DNA from: a virus
Lineage: Duplodnaviria; Caudoviricetes
Virus record (IMG/VR): IMGVR_UViG_3300032883_000356
Span: 1 to 63,677 of that record
Length of the DNA: 63,677 nucleotides
Reading direction: 5' to 3' (one strand)
Positions within the stretch are counted from its first letter, which is position 1. Each line of letters starts with the position of its first letter. The translations under genes and the position numbers were made by a program. Shown piece after piece: positions 7,405-17,221 of this stretch. The notes under the pieces were generated by a model. The model was not told the origin of the DNA. It made no database searches and was given only the letters and a program-made list of their open reading frames with translations.

Positions 7405-9610
7405 ACGGTAATCCCCTATAAAGATTTGCTATTTCGCCGCTCTTTTCTATAACAAATAACTTATTTTGACGCTTTGCTGTCTCGTTAACTCGCTTGATTG
7501 ATGCGCCAACTATAATTGCCAGGTTCTTGGCTGGCATCGGACCCTTCTTTAGTGCCTCACGCATTCTTTGCGTCAAAGACATCTTATCGGCAAGCTCCGG
7601 AGTATCTGCTACATTATCATTGGTAAAATACGTTTTAATGTCCGCAAACTCAACCCTGAACGCAGCTGGTCTTTGCAGCCTAGAAAGGTTTGCTTTTCGG
7701 TTAAATAGTCCTAACATTAAAACTTTATCGTTCATGGTATCCTGTGATGCTTTTATGTACCAGGTTGCCCTGGCTCCGTTGTGCCAGAAAGTCGAGCCGA
7801 AGGGCTTCTGATCTGCCCCCTCAGCCTTGCTAACATGGGCAATATGAAGCGATCCACCACCAATCTGACGAGTGGCACGGAAATATTTTCCAGCAACTTC
7901 AGCTGCTTCCGGTGGCCCATCACAAGCAAAGGCAACGGAGTCATAAAAACAATACTCAATGTTTTCATCTCGAACAATTCTTCTTAGGCGATCTACTTCA
8001 TGGACTAGTGGCCTTTCACATCGGGCATATATAATTTTGGGCATCCCACTAGGAAACAAACGTTCTAAGCGATCTCGGTGATCTTCTCCGGCAAGTTCCC
8101 AATCAAACAACGCAACATTAATACCCTCTTCGACCATTAAACCAGCTAGATATAACGCAGTATATGATTTAGCCGCTCCACCATCACCAAAAAATATAAT
8201 AGGGTGCCTACGAGGGATCTCTATACCGGCGATTCTAATTGTGTCGTCTGGGTCCGGACGATCCAGCTCTCTAAGATCAAAACTTGCCGCCCCCCTACGT
8301 TCATCAACTAGAACGCGCTGACAAAATTCCTCAATTATCCCGTTCCAATCTATCCATTCTTCTCTTGCCCCAAAATTTGTTCTACCCCCAAGGATTTTTG
8401 CCCTGTCAGAACGTGCTCGGGCAGAGCTAAGATTAAAGTCTGCGATAGATAGAGCCCCATCATAAGACTTAATGCCAGGTAGATCACATCGAACACACAG
8501 TTCACCAACTAGTTCATTGCTATCCCTACGTAGCCTGTCTACTTCGATTGAAATCTTATATTCGGGAACGATTAGCTTATACATCCCCTCACAGTTTAAG
8601 TTAAACGAATGATGGGGGGAAGGTCCCTCTTGCTGGATTGCTAACCGTTCTTCCTGTTCTTCGGTCAATACTCCTGGGAAGTTATCAATAGTTTGATCTG
8701 TAAACTCAATTGGTTCAATATATTCTGGAATATTTACATTATCCCAGTCACTTTCCTTGCCATTGAGAAGATAACCGCGATCCCCAGCTTGCTTATCCGC
8801 CGACTCTATTTTATGATGAAGTTCTTTGTCAGTCCATGGAGGATTACATTTCTTATTCCATTCAGCAAGTAGGACATAGGACTCCGACCTGCCCATGTTA
8901 AATCCAAGGACTAAAATACAAGCAGTTTTAAATGTTTGATTGTGTCCAGCTTCACCGCTTACGGCACCGGGTACACGGTCAAGATAACGGCGGGCTCGCT
9001 CAATTATTGAAGAACGGCTGGTTTTATCCGGTGTGGGTTCCCTTCCGGCTCCATCAATTTTGAAGAAAAAATCATATAGTTCGTTTAATTCTTCTTGGCG
9101 AGACTCTGGTACCGGCGATAGGCCACCAAGACGTTGACCGGTAACACAAAAATAGCGTCCGTGATCGTACGCCTCACATCCTGCAGTCTTACCTTTTATG
9201 GGTGGTTGATTTCTTAGTTTTACATTCTTACCATTACCAAATGGAAACTTTGCCCTAACCCAAATCTTTATGCCGCAGCCACTTGGGCTTACCTCAGAGT
9301 AGCTATTGAGCTTTTTAATCCAAGGCTTAGCCCATTCGGACGTAGCTTTCGTATCAGGGTCCAGGCAAGAGTCCAGATCCACCCCGGTAAAAGGATCTCC
9401 TTCAGAAAACACGTATCCTAATCCGGAGAATTTTTCTACGACCGCTTCGCATTCATCAAACGAAGACCAGGTTGAGGGATCATCAGTCTTGGCTGTAATA
9501 CCACTTGGTTGGAACGGGACTTTTACGTCCCTACCGCCCTTTTGTATAACCTTCCATACTATCCACTGGTTGCGGTCCTTCAACTCCGATGGTACGGATT
9601 CAAAAGACAT
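7394..9610 (-). CDS. Primase-polymerase-like / helicase fusion (replication protein)
   Basis: N-terminal NrS-1-like prim-pol (QWIVWK, GVDLD, YSEVSPSG.G, YD.GRYF.VTG), PriCT-like helical region, Walker A GDGGAAKS, C-terminal HTH. Confidence 0.85.
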   Translation of the reverse strand: MSFESVPSELKDRNQWIVWKVIQKGGRDVKVPFQPSGITAKTDDPSTWSSFDECEAVVEKFSGLGYVFSEGDPFTGVDLDSCLDPDTKATSEWAKPWIKKLNSYSEVSPSGCGIKIWVRAKFPFGNGKNVKLRNQPPIKGKTAGCEAYDHGRYFCVTGQRLGGLSPVPESRQEELNELYDFFFKIDGAGREPTPDKTSRSSIIERARRYLDRVPGAVSGEAGHNQTFKTACILVLGFNMGRSESYVLLAEWNKKCNPPWTDKELHHKIESADKQAGDRGYLLNGKESDWDNVNIPEYIEPIEFTDQTIDNFPGVLTEEQEERLAIQQEGPSPHHSFNLNCEGMYKLIVPEYKISIEVDRLRRDSNELVGELCVRCDLPGIKSYDGALSIADFNLSSARARSDRAKILGGRTNFGAREEWIDWNGIIEEFCQRVLVDERRGAASFDLRELDRPDPDDTIRIAGIEIPRRHPIIFFGDGGAAKSYTALYLAGLMVEEGINVALFDWELAGEDHRDRLERLFPSGMPKIIYARCERPLVHEVDRLRRIVRDENIEYCFYDSVAFACDGPPEAAEVAGKYFRATRQIGGGSLHIAHVSKAEGADQKPFGSTFWHNGARATWYIKASQDTMNDKVLMLGLFNRKANLSRLQRPAAFRVEFADIKTYFTNDNVADTPELADKMSLTQRMREALKKGPMPAKNLAIIVGASIKRVNETAKRQNKLFVIEKSGEIANLYRGLPYGS

Positions 9611-9611
9611 T

Positions 9612-10046
9612 TTAGGTCCAATCTACATCTTTTACCGGCACTTCGGGCTCAGTTGGCTTCTTACGGGTCCGTATTTTTTTAACGGCTGGGGCCGGTACCG
9701 GAATTGACTGTACTTGCTGAACCCCAGCCGCAGGTTGCAGATTTACTTCGAGTTTTTCTACCTTATCACAAACTTGAAAGTTTGTCAAGCAAGTCTTTAA
9801 GTACGGCATTGTACAGATTTTTATCTCTATACAAGCAGCAACAGAACACACAATCGCTAACGGGTCCCCGCGACAATCCCATATTTCCTTTATGGCCTTA
9901 CGACCTTGCCCCTTACGTACAAATCCTTTTCTTTCGAGTACTTTAGGAAGATACTTTTCTAAATCGGCTTTACATAAAGAGTCTGCCGGGGCAACACTAC
10001 CGCTTACCGCTTGCCATATTTTCATCGATTCTTCGGTTGAAATCAT
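9612..10046 (-). CDS. Hypothetical protein
   Basis: 144-aa ORF in operon orientation with a GGAG RBS. Confidence 0.55.
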   Translation of the reverse strand: MISTEESMKIWQAVSGSVAPADSLCKADLEKYLPKVLERKGFVRKGQGRKAIKEIWDCRGDPLAIVCSVAACIEIKICTMPYLKTCLTNFQVCDKVEKLEVNLQPAAGVQQVQSIPVPAPAVKKIRTRKKPTEPEVPVKDVDWT

Positions 10047-10272
10047 TACCTTCTCCTATAGTATTAAGAGGCTGAAGAAGAAACTCAATATTTTTTGCAT
10101 TCCACACTTGGAATTTTTTGAATGATACAATACAGGCTTGCAATTGTTCTTTGGTCCATTCCATATGTGGACATCCCACTTCATGATACCAATTAGTTGG
10201 ATGGAACCTACAATTCCAAATGATATCTTCCTTTTTAATGCTATCTATTTCTTCCTGGTAATTCCTTGTCAT
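9997..10272 (-). CDS. Hypothetical protein
   Basis: Start overlaps the upstream stop (ATGA); C..H...H..GC motif. Confidence 0.55.
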   Translation of the reverse strand: MTRNYQEEIDSIKKEDIIWNCRFHPTNWYHEVGCPHMEWTKEQLQACIVSFKKFQVWNAKNIEFLLQPLNTIGEGNDFNRRIDENMASGKR

Positions 10273-10538
10273 TTCCAGTACCTCGATTTACTCTTAGCTA
10301 CATTATCTTTTTGCTCATGACAATCTGCGCATAAACCTTGAGCGTTGGATTCTTCATCACCACCAAGTTGGCTTCTTTTCCTGATATGATCACGGGTAAG
10401 CGGTTTTAGTCTTCCACATTTAGCACAACGCCAACCCTGTCGTTCAAATATCTCAAGAGATTGCTTTTTGTATTCCTGTTCTGAAAGCTTTACTCTAATT
10501 GTCTTTGGTTCCAATATTCCTCTCGATCCCGGCAGCAA
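10269..10538 (-). CDS. Small HNH endonuclease
   Basis: WRCAKCG...DHI..RSQLGGD..SN.QGLCADCH; true start uncertain. Confidence 0.85.
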   Translation of the reverse strand: MLPGSRGILEPKTIRVKLSEQEYKKQSLEIFERQGWRCAKCGRLKPLTRDHIRKRSQLGGDEESNAQGLCADCHEQKDNVAKSKSRYWK

Positions 10539-11259
10539 TTATCCCTATAAGCATTTCAGAAGTATTTATCTGTGAGAAATCCAACTGTTGGACTAACCCT
10601 TGAATTGTGGACATAATATAAGAATTCTTACCAATAACATGTCCGGTACCGTCGTCCGCAAATTGACTTAAATAATTAGCACAGACCAACTCAAGACAGT
10701 ATCCAAGACCTTTTTCGCTTCCGACTGACTTTGCCATAGTTTCAAGGGCCATATTAACTGTATGGATTGCATCGCCAAATATCCTAAATGTAATAAAGTG
10801 GTCTTCTTGTGTAGGGTTCTGTGCTTTTTCTTTCTTGTTTAAATAGCAACGAATTCTTCTGCGAAAGGCATTCTTGTCATCTGTTTTGGCGCGTTCTACC
10901 CATTCTTGTGGTATTGTACCATCGAAATGAACATGAAGTCTAGTTAAATCTTCGGCCTTGCTACTTCCCATCTCTTCAATTAACTTACGATCATAAAACT
11001 GAAGATTGGTTCCTATTCGGATAAGACGATAATATTGAGCCCTGGACTGAGGAAATATTTTTTCGATATATTCATGTTCTGACTTATATCCTCGGGTTGT
11101 CCAGTATGCCCCTTTCTTCGCTTCCGTCAACAGGAACGCTAGGGACATGAACCCTCTTTCGGCCTTTGTTACTGCCCCTACCGATTCCTCCAGTATTTGG
11201 TCTATTCTTTCTAGGACCTGTTTTGCGACATCTTGATTTACTTTGATTATCTCTTGCAT
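10495..11259 (-). CDS. Hypothetical phage protein
   Basis: 254-aa ORF with an AGGA RBS. Confidence 0.65.
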   Translation of the reverse strand: MQEIIKVNQDVAKQVLERIDQILEESVGAVTKAERGFMSLAFLLTEAKKGAYWTTRGYKSEHEYIEKIFPQSRAQYYRLIRIGTNLQFYDRKLIEEMGSSKAEDLTRLHVHFDGTIPQEWVERAKTDDKNAFRRRIRCYLNKKEKAQNPTQEDHFITFRIFGDAIHTVNMALETMAKSVGSEKGLGYCLELVCANYLSQFADDGTGHVIGKNSYIMSTIQGLVQQLDFSQINTSEMLIGIIAAGIERNIGTKDN

Positions 11260-11599
11260 TTTCTATCCTTAACAAATCAAATCCGGGTGGCACCATTGGT
11301 TGCCCGCTTCGTAATCTTTCTAAACTTTCCGGATCATCTAAAAATCCAAACAGCGGGTCGCCCACTTTGCCTTGCGATTTCCATAATAGTAAGAGTAGCC
11401 TTGCAGCCGTTAGATTAATACTTAACAGTGAACATACTTTGGGCAGGAGAGATTCACCAACACCAAACAGTGTTGATACTGCAGATGCTCTTATTCTTTT
11501 GCTTATATGCGGGGCTAGGTAATCCAGCTCGGCACGACGCAATAAATTAATTACAAGACGTAGCACCGCTACATCTATTTTGGGGCTAACTTGTTGCAT
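11084..11599 (-). CDS. Hypothetical protein
   Basis: Follows ssb; 3' part overlaps the next gene by about 176 nt. Confidence 0.45.
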   Translation of the reverse strand: MQQVSPKIDVAVLRLVINLLRRAELDYLAPHISKRIRASAVSTLFGVGESLLPKVCSLLSINLTAARLLLLLWKSQGKVGDPLFGFLDDPESLERLRSGQPMVPPGFDLLRIENARDNQSKSRCRKTGPRKNRPNTGGIGRGSNKGRKRVHVPSVPVDGSEERGILDNPRI

Positions 11600-11608
11600 T
11601 TAAAGCAC

Positions 11609-12025
11609 TTAGAACGGTATATCATCGTCTGTAATACTACCATCATCCACAACCTCAGTTGGTTTTTGGTAAGATGTAGGCGCTGAGGTATCAGAGCGAC
11701 TACCCAGCATTACCATCTGACCGGCAATCACTTCTACAGTCCTACGCTTCCCCCCCTCGTTGTCGGTCCATTCTCGTGTACGAAGGCGACCTTCAATATA
11801 AACCTGCTTGCCTTTCGACAAATACTTTTCGACAATTTCAGCGAGTTTATTCCAGCATACAATATTGTGCCACTCAGTATGCTCTTCTGGGGAACCATCC
11901 TTGTTGTTCCATTTTTCAGTGGTAGCCATACTGAAGGTAGCCACCCTGGAACCGCTAGGGGTAAACTTAACCTCGGGATCTCTCCCTAGATTACCAATCA
12001 ATAAGATTTTGTTTAACGATGCCAT
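11609..12025 (-). CDS. ssb: Single-stranded DNA-binding protein
   Basis: NKILLIGNLGRDPE, TEWHNIV, KGKQVYIEGRLRTR, acidic DDDIPF tail. Confidence 0.97.
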   Translation of the reverse strand: MASLNKILLIGNLGRDPEVKFTPSGSRVATFSMATTEKWNNKDGSPEEHTEWHNIVCWNKLAEIVEKYLSKGKQVYIEGRLRTREWTDNEGGKRRTVEVIAGQMVMLGSRSDTSAPTSYQKPTEVVDDGSITDDDIPF

Positions 12026-12401
12026 GTTTATTTTTTCCTTTCAGTTCATCAATTATATCTTCCAATTTACTAAATAACCTAACACCTGGGGCGCACCTTA
12101 CAATTCCCATTCTGTAATCTTGTCTGGCATCCACCATCCACACAAGTTTACCTTTTCCGAGAGCATATCCGACCTCAAAAGATAGTCCGTAACCGGAGGG
12201 ATTATCCACCTCCATATAGGCAAGAACCATATCGCAACTCTTAATTGTATTACAATCCCACAATGAATACTCTACGGGATGTCTGTATGAATGAGTTCTA
12301 GGATCTAAAAAAATATGTTTCGGGCATGAACACATAACAATGTTTTGCCATGGTTCACATTCACCGTGTTGTTTCATTCCACCAGATAGATAGATTATCA
12401 T
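11991..12401 (-). CDS. Nucleoside 2-deoxyribosyltransferase-like protein
   Basis: IYLSGGM, FLDPR, SGYGLSFEVGYA..KGK. Confidence 0.8.
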   Translation of the reverse strand: MIIYLSGGMKQHGECEPWQNIVMCSCPKHIFLDPRTHSYRHPVEYSLWDCNTIKSCDMVLAYMEVDNPSGYGLSFEVGYALGKGKLVWMVDARQDYRMGIVRCAPGVRLFSKLEDIIDELKGKNKHGIVKQNLIDW

Positions 12402-12646
12402 TTTACCTCCTTACACCATTCTTTTGCCAATGGTCCCATAATAGAAGAAAAGTGATTGCAACAGACATATTGAGTTAGGTTATGTCTAAATATTTTTGGT
12501 GACTCTTCGAAAATTTCATTAAACTCTTCACCAACTTTATGGGTTGCTGGATTGAGTTTATTTTCACGAAAACACATTCCACATATTTCACCTTCAGCCG
12601 AAGGTGGTGTATAGTGCTTTATAAATTTTTTACGTATAGGCCACAT
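12398..12646 (-). CDS. Hypothetical zinc-binding protein
   Basis: CGMC...CCNH motif. Confidence 0.5.
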   Translation of the reverse strand: MWPIRKKFIKHYTPPSAEGEICGMCFRENKLNPATHKVGEEFNEIFEESPKIFRHNLTQYVCCNHFSSIMGPLAKEWCKEVK

Positions 12647-12861
12647 TCTGTTCCTTTCGTTGATGGATTCTTATGGTGATCTAAATCTAAACAACCTAAG
12701 CAGCGTAACCTTTTTGGAATCTTAACGCCATTTTTTCTATAGGCGGTATGTCCACACTCCAATATCATAAAATAGGCTTTTCGCTTTGTTCCTGGATAAC
12801 GAACAATTGCAGTTCCAAGAACTTGCCGCAGCGGACCACAGAACATCTCTGCCTGCCTCAT
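12619..12861 (-). CDS. Hypothetical zinc-ribbon protein
   Basis: LECGH...CLGC; AGGAG RBS. Confidence 0.55.
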   Translation of the reverse strand: MRQAEMFCGPLRQVLGTAIVRYPGTKRKAYFMILECGHTAYRKNGVKIPKRLRCLGCLDLDHHKNPSTKGTECGLYVKNL

Positions 12862-12866
12862 TTTAT

Positions 12867-12884
12867 TACTCCTTTGTAGGAGTA
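12867..12884 (-). promoter_or_regulatory. RBS-sequestering hairpin
   Basis: TACTCCT-ACAA-AGGAGTA places the Shine-Dalgarno of the ORF at 12861 inside a 7-bp stem. Confidence 0.4.
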
Positions 12885-12933
12885 GCCATTAACTAAAATT
12901 ATTTTAGTATCAGCATTTTCCGTAATTTGCGCT

Positions 12934-13521
12934 TTACCCAACGATGTCACGACCTTCCCTCCCGAGATATTTAGCGGCGGATAACAGAACTACTGGGTTT
13001 TCGCTTGCCAGTCCTATCATTTGATTACATTTACCACAAAGCAGCCCACGTACTTTATTTGTTTTATGATCGTGATCAACATGCGGGCTTTTACTTGTCC
13101 CGGTCCATTTGTTAGTTCCACAAATGGCACATTTTCCACACTGAAGGTCAAAAATCTTCTTAATCCCCTCTACGGAAATGCCATATTTTTTTACAAGAAA
13201 ATCATTCCGGTGTTTGTTATAATAATTTCTAGCATAGAGTTTAAATTTGTCCCTATTATTCTGGTAATATTTTTTGTGATATTCTTTTTCCTCATAGATA
13301 TGTCCCTGATAATAGACCTTTCTGTGCTTTGCATGATAAGCCTTTATCTCAAGTTTGTGTTTTTCGTAATATCTCTTTTGTGCTTTTCTCCGAATAGAAT
13401 TCCAACTATCCCTATTATTGTTCTTTCTATATTCATAATAACACTTACCACTACAGTATTTTTTCCGATAAGGACCCAGGCCGGTTCCACAATTAAGGCA
13501 TACTCTTTTTCTACTCTCCAT
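12934..13521 (-). CDS. Endonuclease VII-family homing-type endonuclease
   Basis: KKYGIS...QCGKCAICG...HVDHDHKTNKVRGLLCGKCN..IG with a basic Tyr/Lys-rich N-terminus. Confidence 0.9.
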   Translation of the reverse strand: MESRKRVCLNCGTGLGPYRKKYCSGKCYYEYRKNNNRDSWNSIRRKAQKRYYEKHKLEIKAYHAKHRKVYYQGHIYEEKEYHKKYYQNNRDKFKLYARNYYNKHRNDFLVKKYGISVEGIKKIFDLQCGKCAICGTNKWTGTSKSPHVDHDHKTNKVRGLLCGKCNQMIGLASENPVVLLSAAKYLGREGRDIVG

Positions 13522-15682
13522 ACTTTATTCGACCATTTTCTACCCTAATCACAGAGTCTGCCATTTCTACCAATCTTGCCTGATGACAAATAAATATTAG
13601 CCTAGAAAACATTCCTAGTTCTTTAGCTTTCCGTAACATTTTGATATAAAGTGGAGCCCGCTGGTCATCAATGGCAGACGAAGCCTCGTCCCTCCATAGT
13701 GACATCCAGCCAGTATTAGATCTACTACGGTTAAACAAAGCTATAGCTAGACTAACCACCTCAGAAGTAATTACCTGCTCACCTCCTGATAGATCGTCAA
13801 TTGAGCCCTCTCTTCCGGTCTGGGAATCTGTTACAAAGATATCAAAATCATCTTTGTATCCAGACTTATCTTCTTTAACGGCTTGAGTAACAAACCTAAT
13901 TGAGAAACGCGGACCGAAACAGCTAAACAATAAATCGTTCGCTATGGAGCTAACGGTTGGACCGGCAGCGTCTATTTCAAGACTTTGAATTCCGGTCTTA
14001 CTAAAGGCCTTGGCTAAAAGTTTATAGCTCTTACGGTCAGAATCAAATCTAGAAAGATTAGGTAACAAAGCATCAATTTCGCTTTGGGCTTTAATAAAAG
14101 CATCGTTAGTAGCTTCCGCCCTGGCTAATTCAGTAACCAATGAATTTAAATCAGATCTAATGCCATCCAATATATCGGTTTCTAGCTCCCGCTTCCTGGT
14201 TACATCAACGATCTCGTGTACAGTTGCACTAAGTGATTCAAGCTGACCGTTAATCGTGGCCAATTCAATCTCTATTTCTCCTATGACAAGTTTAATCTTT
14301 TCTTTCCTTAATGAAAGATCTACTACATTTTTTTGTGCAGCTTCTGCTTTTGCCAATCTCGAACCGGCATGACTAGAACTTTCCAATTCTTTTTCACTAG
14401 CAGAAATAGATCTTTTCAATTCCGAAATCTGACGTTCTACTACCGTGTTTGCAGCAGTATCCGGTTTGGTTAAACCTTTCAGTTGACTATCCAAAGCAAG
14501 ATTTTCAATCTTAAGATTATCAATTTCAACTACTAGCTCTTCCATCTTATCTCTTGCACCGATAGCGTTTACCAGAAACTGACATTCAGCACAATCACCC
14601 TCTGCCCTACACGGAACAGAATCTATAATGGCGGAATCAGTTTGGGAACGACTTAGCGATTGTGTAGCAACACGAGAGGAGGAACGGATTACCGCTAGTT
14701 TTTTTTCTATACCCAAAACTTTATCACTGTATTCTTTTGCTGCCCTACTATAATCTAACTGCTGAGTAGTCAACCTTCCCTGCTGAACACGCATTTTGGC
14801 AAGTTTATCGACTATATCGTCGTAAGCTTCTACCTGTTTTCTAAGGGAGTCTATCTCTTTGGAATATAGCTCTGCCTCTTCAATTGCTCTGAGGATATCG
14901 AAATGATCAGTTTGGCTTGCCCTTATCCTCTGTCTCATTGTTCCAGCCCTGGATTCCAGTTCTGACTTTCCGGATAACCTACTCCTGAGTTCACCAATTG
15001 TTGATTCAAAACCAAGAATCTGTGTTTGCGATAGATCAATCTGGGCCTTTAGATCATCGATCTTTTCACGAATCTGAGTGGTATCTATTTTATTGGCAGC
15101 AATTTTCTTGAGACTTTCTAGTTTTTCGAGTTCCTTTTCGTATCTATAAGTGGATTCTTCTTCGTGAACAGTTGCTAACTCGGAAATCTTTTGAAGCCTA
15201 CCAAGTCCTAACATTTCAATAAATAAAGACTTACGCTCTGCCTTAGGTAATTCCAAGAATGATCCACGCTTATTCTGAGCCCGAAAGGCAGAGGTTAGTA
15301 TTACATTAGATGAACCAATAATTTTTTTGATCGCAGCGTCAAAGGTGTTGTTTTTGCCATCTGTAATCACAGAACCATTTTCATATAGGAATGGCTCCAT
15401 CTCTCTCTTAATAGCATTGATATTAATGACAGATTTATATAAAATCTTGCCAACCATAAACTCAAAAACTATTCGAGCATCTTTACCCTGGCAATATTTA
15501 TAGATGGAATCACGCGATGGAAAGAACCGGTATAGAGCAGCAAAACATGAATCCATAAGAAAGGTTTTGCCACTGCCATTCTCACCAATTATAGCAATTA
15601 CATCACCAGGAATGGAGGAGAAGTCAATTGTCTCATCCTTGAACGGACCAACATTTTTCAGTGTTAGTTTGATTGGGAGCAT
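13511..15682 (-). CDS. sbcC: SbcC/Rad50-like SMC ATPase
   Basis: Walker A GENGSGKT, long coiled coil with a central Cys cluster, LSGGE signature, DE Walker B, ICH H-loop. Confidence 0.9.
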   Translation of the reverse strand: MLPIKLTLKNVGPFKDETIDFSSIPGDVIAIIGENGSGKTFLMDSCFAALYRFFPSRDSIYKYCQGKDARIVFEFMVGKILYKSVININAIKREMEPFLYENGSVITDGKNNTFDAAIKKIIGSSNVILTSAFRAQNKRGSFLELPKAERKSLFIEMLGLGRLQKISELATVHEEESTYRYEKELEKLESLKKIAANKIDTTQIREKIDDLKAQIDLSQTQILGFESTIGELRSRLSGKSELESRAGTMRQRIRASQTDHFDILRAIEEAELYSKEIDSLRKQVEAYDDIVDKLAKMRVQQGRLTTQQLDYSRAAKEYSDKVLGIEKKLAVIRSSSRVATQSLSRSQTDSAIIDSVPCRAEGDCAECQFLVNAIGARDKMEELVVEIDNLKIENLALDSQLKGLTKPDTAANTVVERQISELKRSISASEKELESSSHAGSRLAKAEAAQKNVVDLSLRKEKIKLVIGEIEIELATINGQLESLSATVHEIVDVTRKRELETDILDGIRSDLNSLVTELARAEATNDAFIKAQSEIDALLPNLSRFDSDRKSYKLLAKAFSKTGIQSLEIDAAGPTVSSIANDLLFSCFGPRFSIRFVTQAVKEDKSGYKDDFDIFVTDSQTGREGSIDDLSGGEQVITSEVVSLAIALFNRSRSNTGWMSLWRDEASSAIDDQRAPLYIKMLRKAKELGMFSRLIFICHQARLVEMADSVIRVENGRIKYGE

Positions 15683-16794
15683 AATTCCTCTTCTAATTCT
15701 TGTAACTTATTTTGCATATCTTTCGTGACAGAATCTTCAGGCCTTGATGTCGCTAACCACCATTGTTCAAGCTTGTTAGCCATACTTTCTGCCTTAGATA
15801 TTTCTACCGATCTAACCTGGGCCTGGGTGATTACTTGTGGGTTAATTTTATACTCTAATGCGCCAACTTCCTTAAGCCAATCTTCCACTGCCTTTTTTGC
15901 AAGCGGTAAATTGTCTCCACCATCAACTTTTAAATTAACTCTTACCCTGGCACCATAAAGAAGGCTTGTTTGATTACAATCAATCTCTATTCCATGGGGC
16001 ATCCATGTAGCATTTACATCTTGCCGGTGAACAGTATTAAGCCTGACCTGTTCAACCTTATCAGTTTTTGTATCAAGCACAGAAAACCACTTATCTGGAG
16101 ACTCACCATAATCAAGGGATGCAATCGATCCATTGTAGAAATGTAATGGTGATCCTACTTCCTGCTTCAGATGAATATGTCCAAGAAGGGCAGCATATAC
16201 CCCGGCTTCACGCAAATCGTAAAGTCCAAGTGTGATTCCATCGGCGCTCATTTGCTGATGTGCCTGACACTTAGCCCCAGCAATAGTTAGATGGCCAACC
16301 AGGATATGTTTATACCCACTTCCAAGTGCTACTACATTACGGAGATGCTGTAATACCATCTGGCTTACCGTACTATCGCCTTCTTCTTTTGAAGCTTCTG
16401 GATGCAAGGTCATCCATCTAGCTTTGGTAAGCCATGGAAGGGTATGAATTCTTATACTTACCTCGCTATTGCGATAAAATTCTCTAGTACACGGAATCTC
16501 ATCAACTTCTATCGGATATTTACTCTTTAGTTCAGATAGAATTTTTAGGTCGCCAGGAGCATCATGGTTTCCCTTAACAATTATAATCGGTGCGTGTTCA
16601 GCTAATTGTTGGATGCATTCAGCGGCAAGATTCCTACTCCCAGGCTCGCTTGCTCTTTCGTACACATCGCCGGTAATACATACCAAATCAACGTAATTAT
16701 GGCTAACATATTCGATAATTTGACAAACACTATTCTTTATGTCTTCATCGTAGCCACAATTAAAATGTAAGTCGCCAAAACTAAGAATCTTCAA
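15664..16794 (-). CDS. sbcD: SbcD/Mre11-like nuclease
   Basis: GDLH, GDVY, GNHD, GHIH motifs; adjacent to sbcC; likely TTG start after GGGAG. Confidence 0.9.
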   Translation of the reverse strand: MKILSFGDLHFNCGYDEDIKNSVCQIIEYVSHNYVDLVCITGDVYERASEPGSRNLAAECIQQLAEHAPIIIVKGNHDAPGDLKILSELKSKYPIEVDEIPCTREFYRNSEVSIRIHTLPWLTKARWMTLHPEASKEEGDSTVSQMVLQHLRNVVALGSGYKHILVGHLTIAGAKCQAHQQMSADGITLGLYDLREAGVYAALLGHIHLKQEVGSPLHFYNGSIASLDYGESPDKWFSVLDTKTDKVEQVRLNTVHRQDVNATWMPHGIEIDCNQTSLLYGARVRVNLKVDGGDNLPLAKKAVEDWLKEVGALEYKINPQVITQAQVRSVEISKAESMANKLEQWWLATSRPEDSVTKDMQNKLQELEEELCSQSN

Positions 16795-16805
16795 GTAGTA
16801 CTCCC

Positions 16806-17078
16806 TTATACAAACATAGACAGACAATCATAAGTTTCGTCGTACGTAACCCCATACTGAGCCAATCGCTTAACCTGATCATCCGTAATAACTTCGTTGA
16901 GATTCTTGACATCTATTTTTAGATAGATCCCATCATGTTCTGCTCCACCTACAATATCTGAGGTTCCGGGCTGCAATTCGTTCAATAAAACAAATGCAGC
17001 AAGATCTACCCTAAAACCTTTTTCGTGCTTTAGAAACTCATCTTCAAATAAATCAAATCTTTCTTTAAGGGTTTTCAT
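16806..17078 (-). CDS. Hypothetical phage protein
   Basis: 90 aa, GAEHD motif, GGAGG RBS. Confidence 0.65.
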   Translation of the reverse strand: MKTLKERFDLFEDEFLKHEKGFRVDLAAFVLLNELQPGTSDIVGGAEHDGIYLKIDVKNLNEVITDDQVKRLAQYGVTYDETYDCLSMFV

Positions 17079-17214
17079 CTTTGTCCTCCAGAAACGTATC
17101 GTATTTTTTATCTAAAGCAAGACTAATAACTTCCTCTAACATATCAAGATCGTAAAGGGTTTTTATTTTATCGATTGCTGATAGGACTGAAAATTCTATC
17201 TCCTGGTATGTCAT
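17065..17214 (-). CDS. Small hypothetical protein (49 aa, not in ORF track)
   Basis: MTYQEIEFSVLSAIDKIKTLYDLDMLEEVISLALDKKYDTFLEDKDENP; AGGAG RBS; fills the gap exactly. Confidence 0.6.
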   Translation of the reverse strand: MTYQEIEFSVLSAIDKIKTLYDLDMLEEVISLALDKKYDTFLEDKDENP

Positions 17215-17221
17215 AATACTC

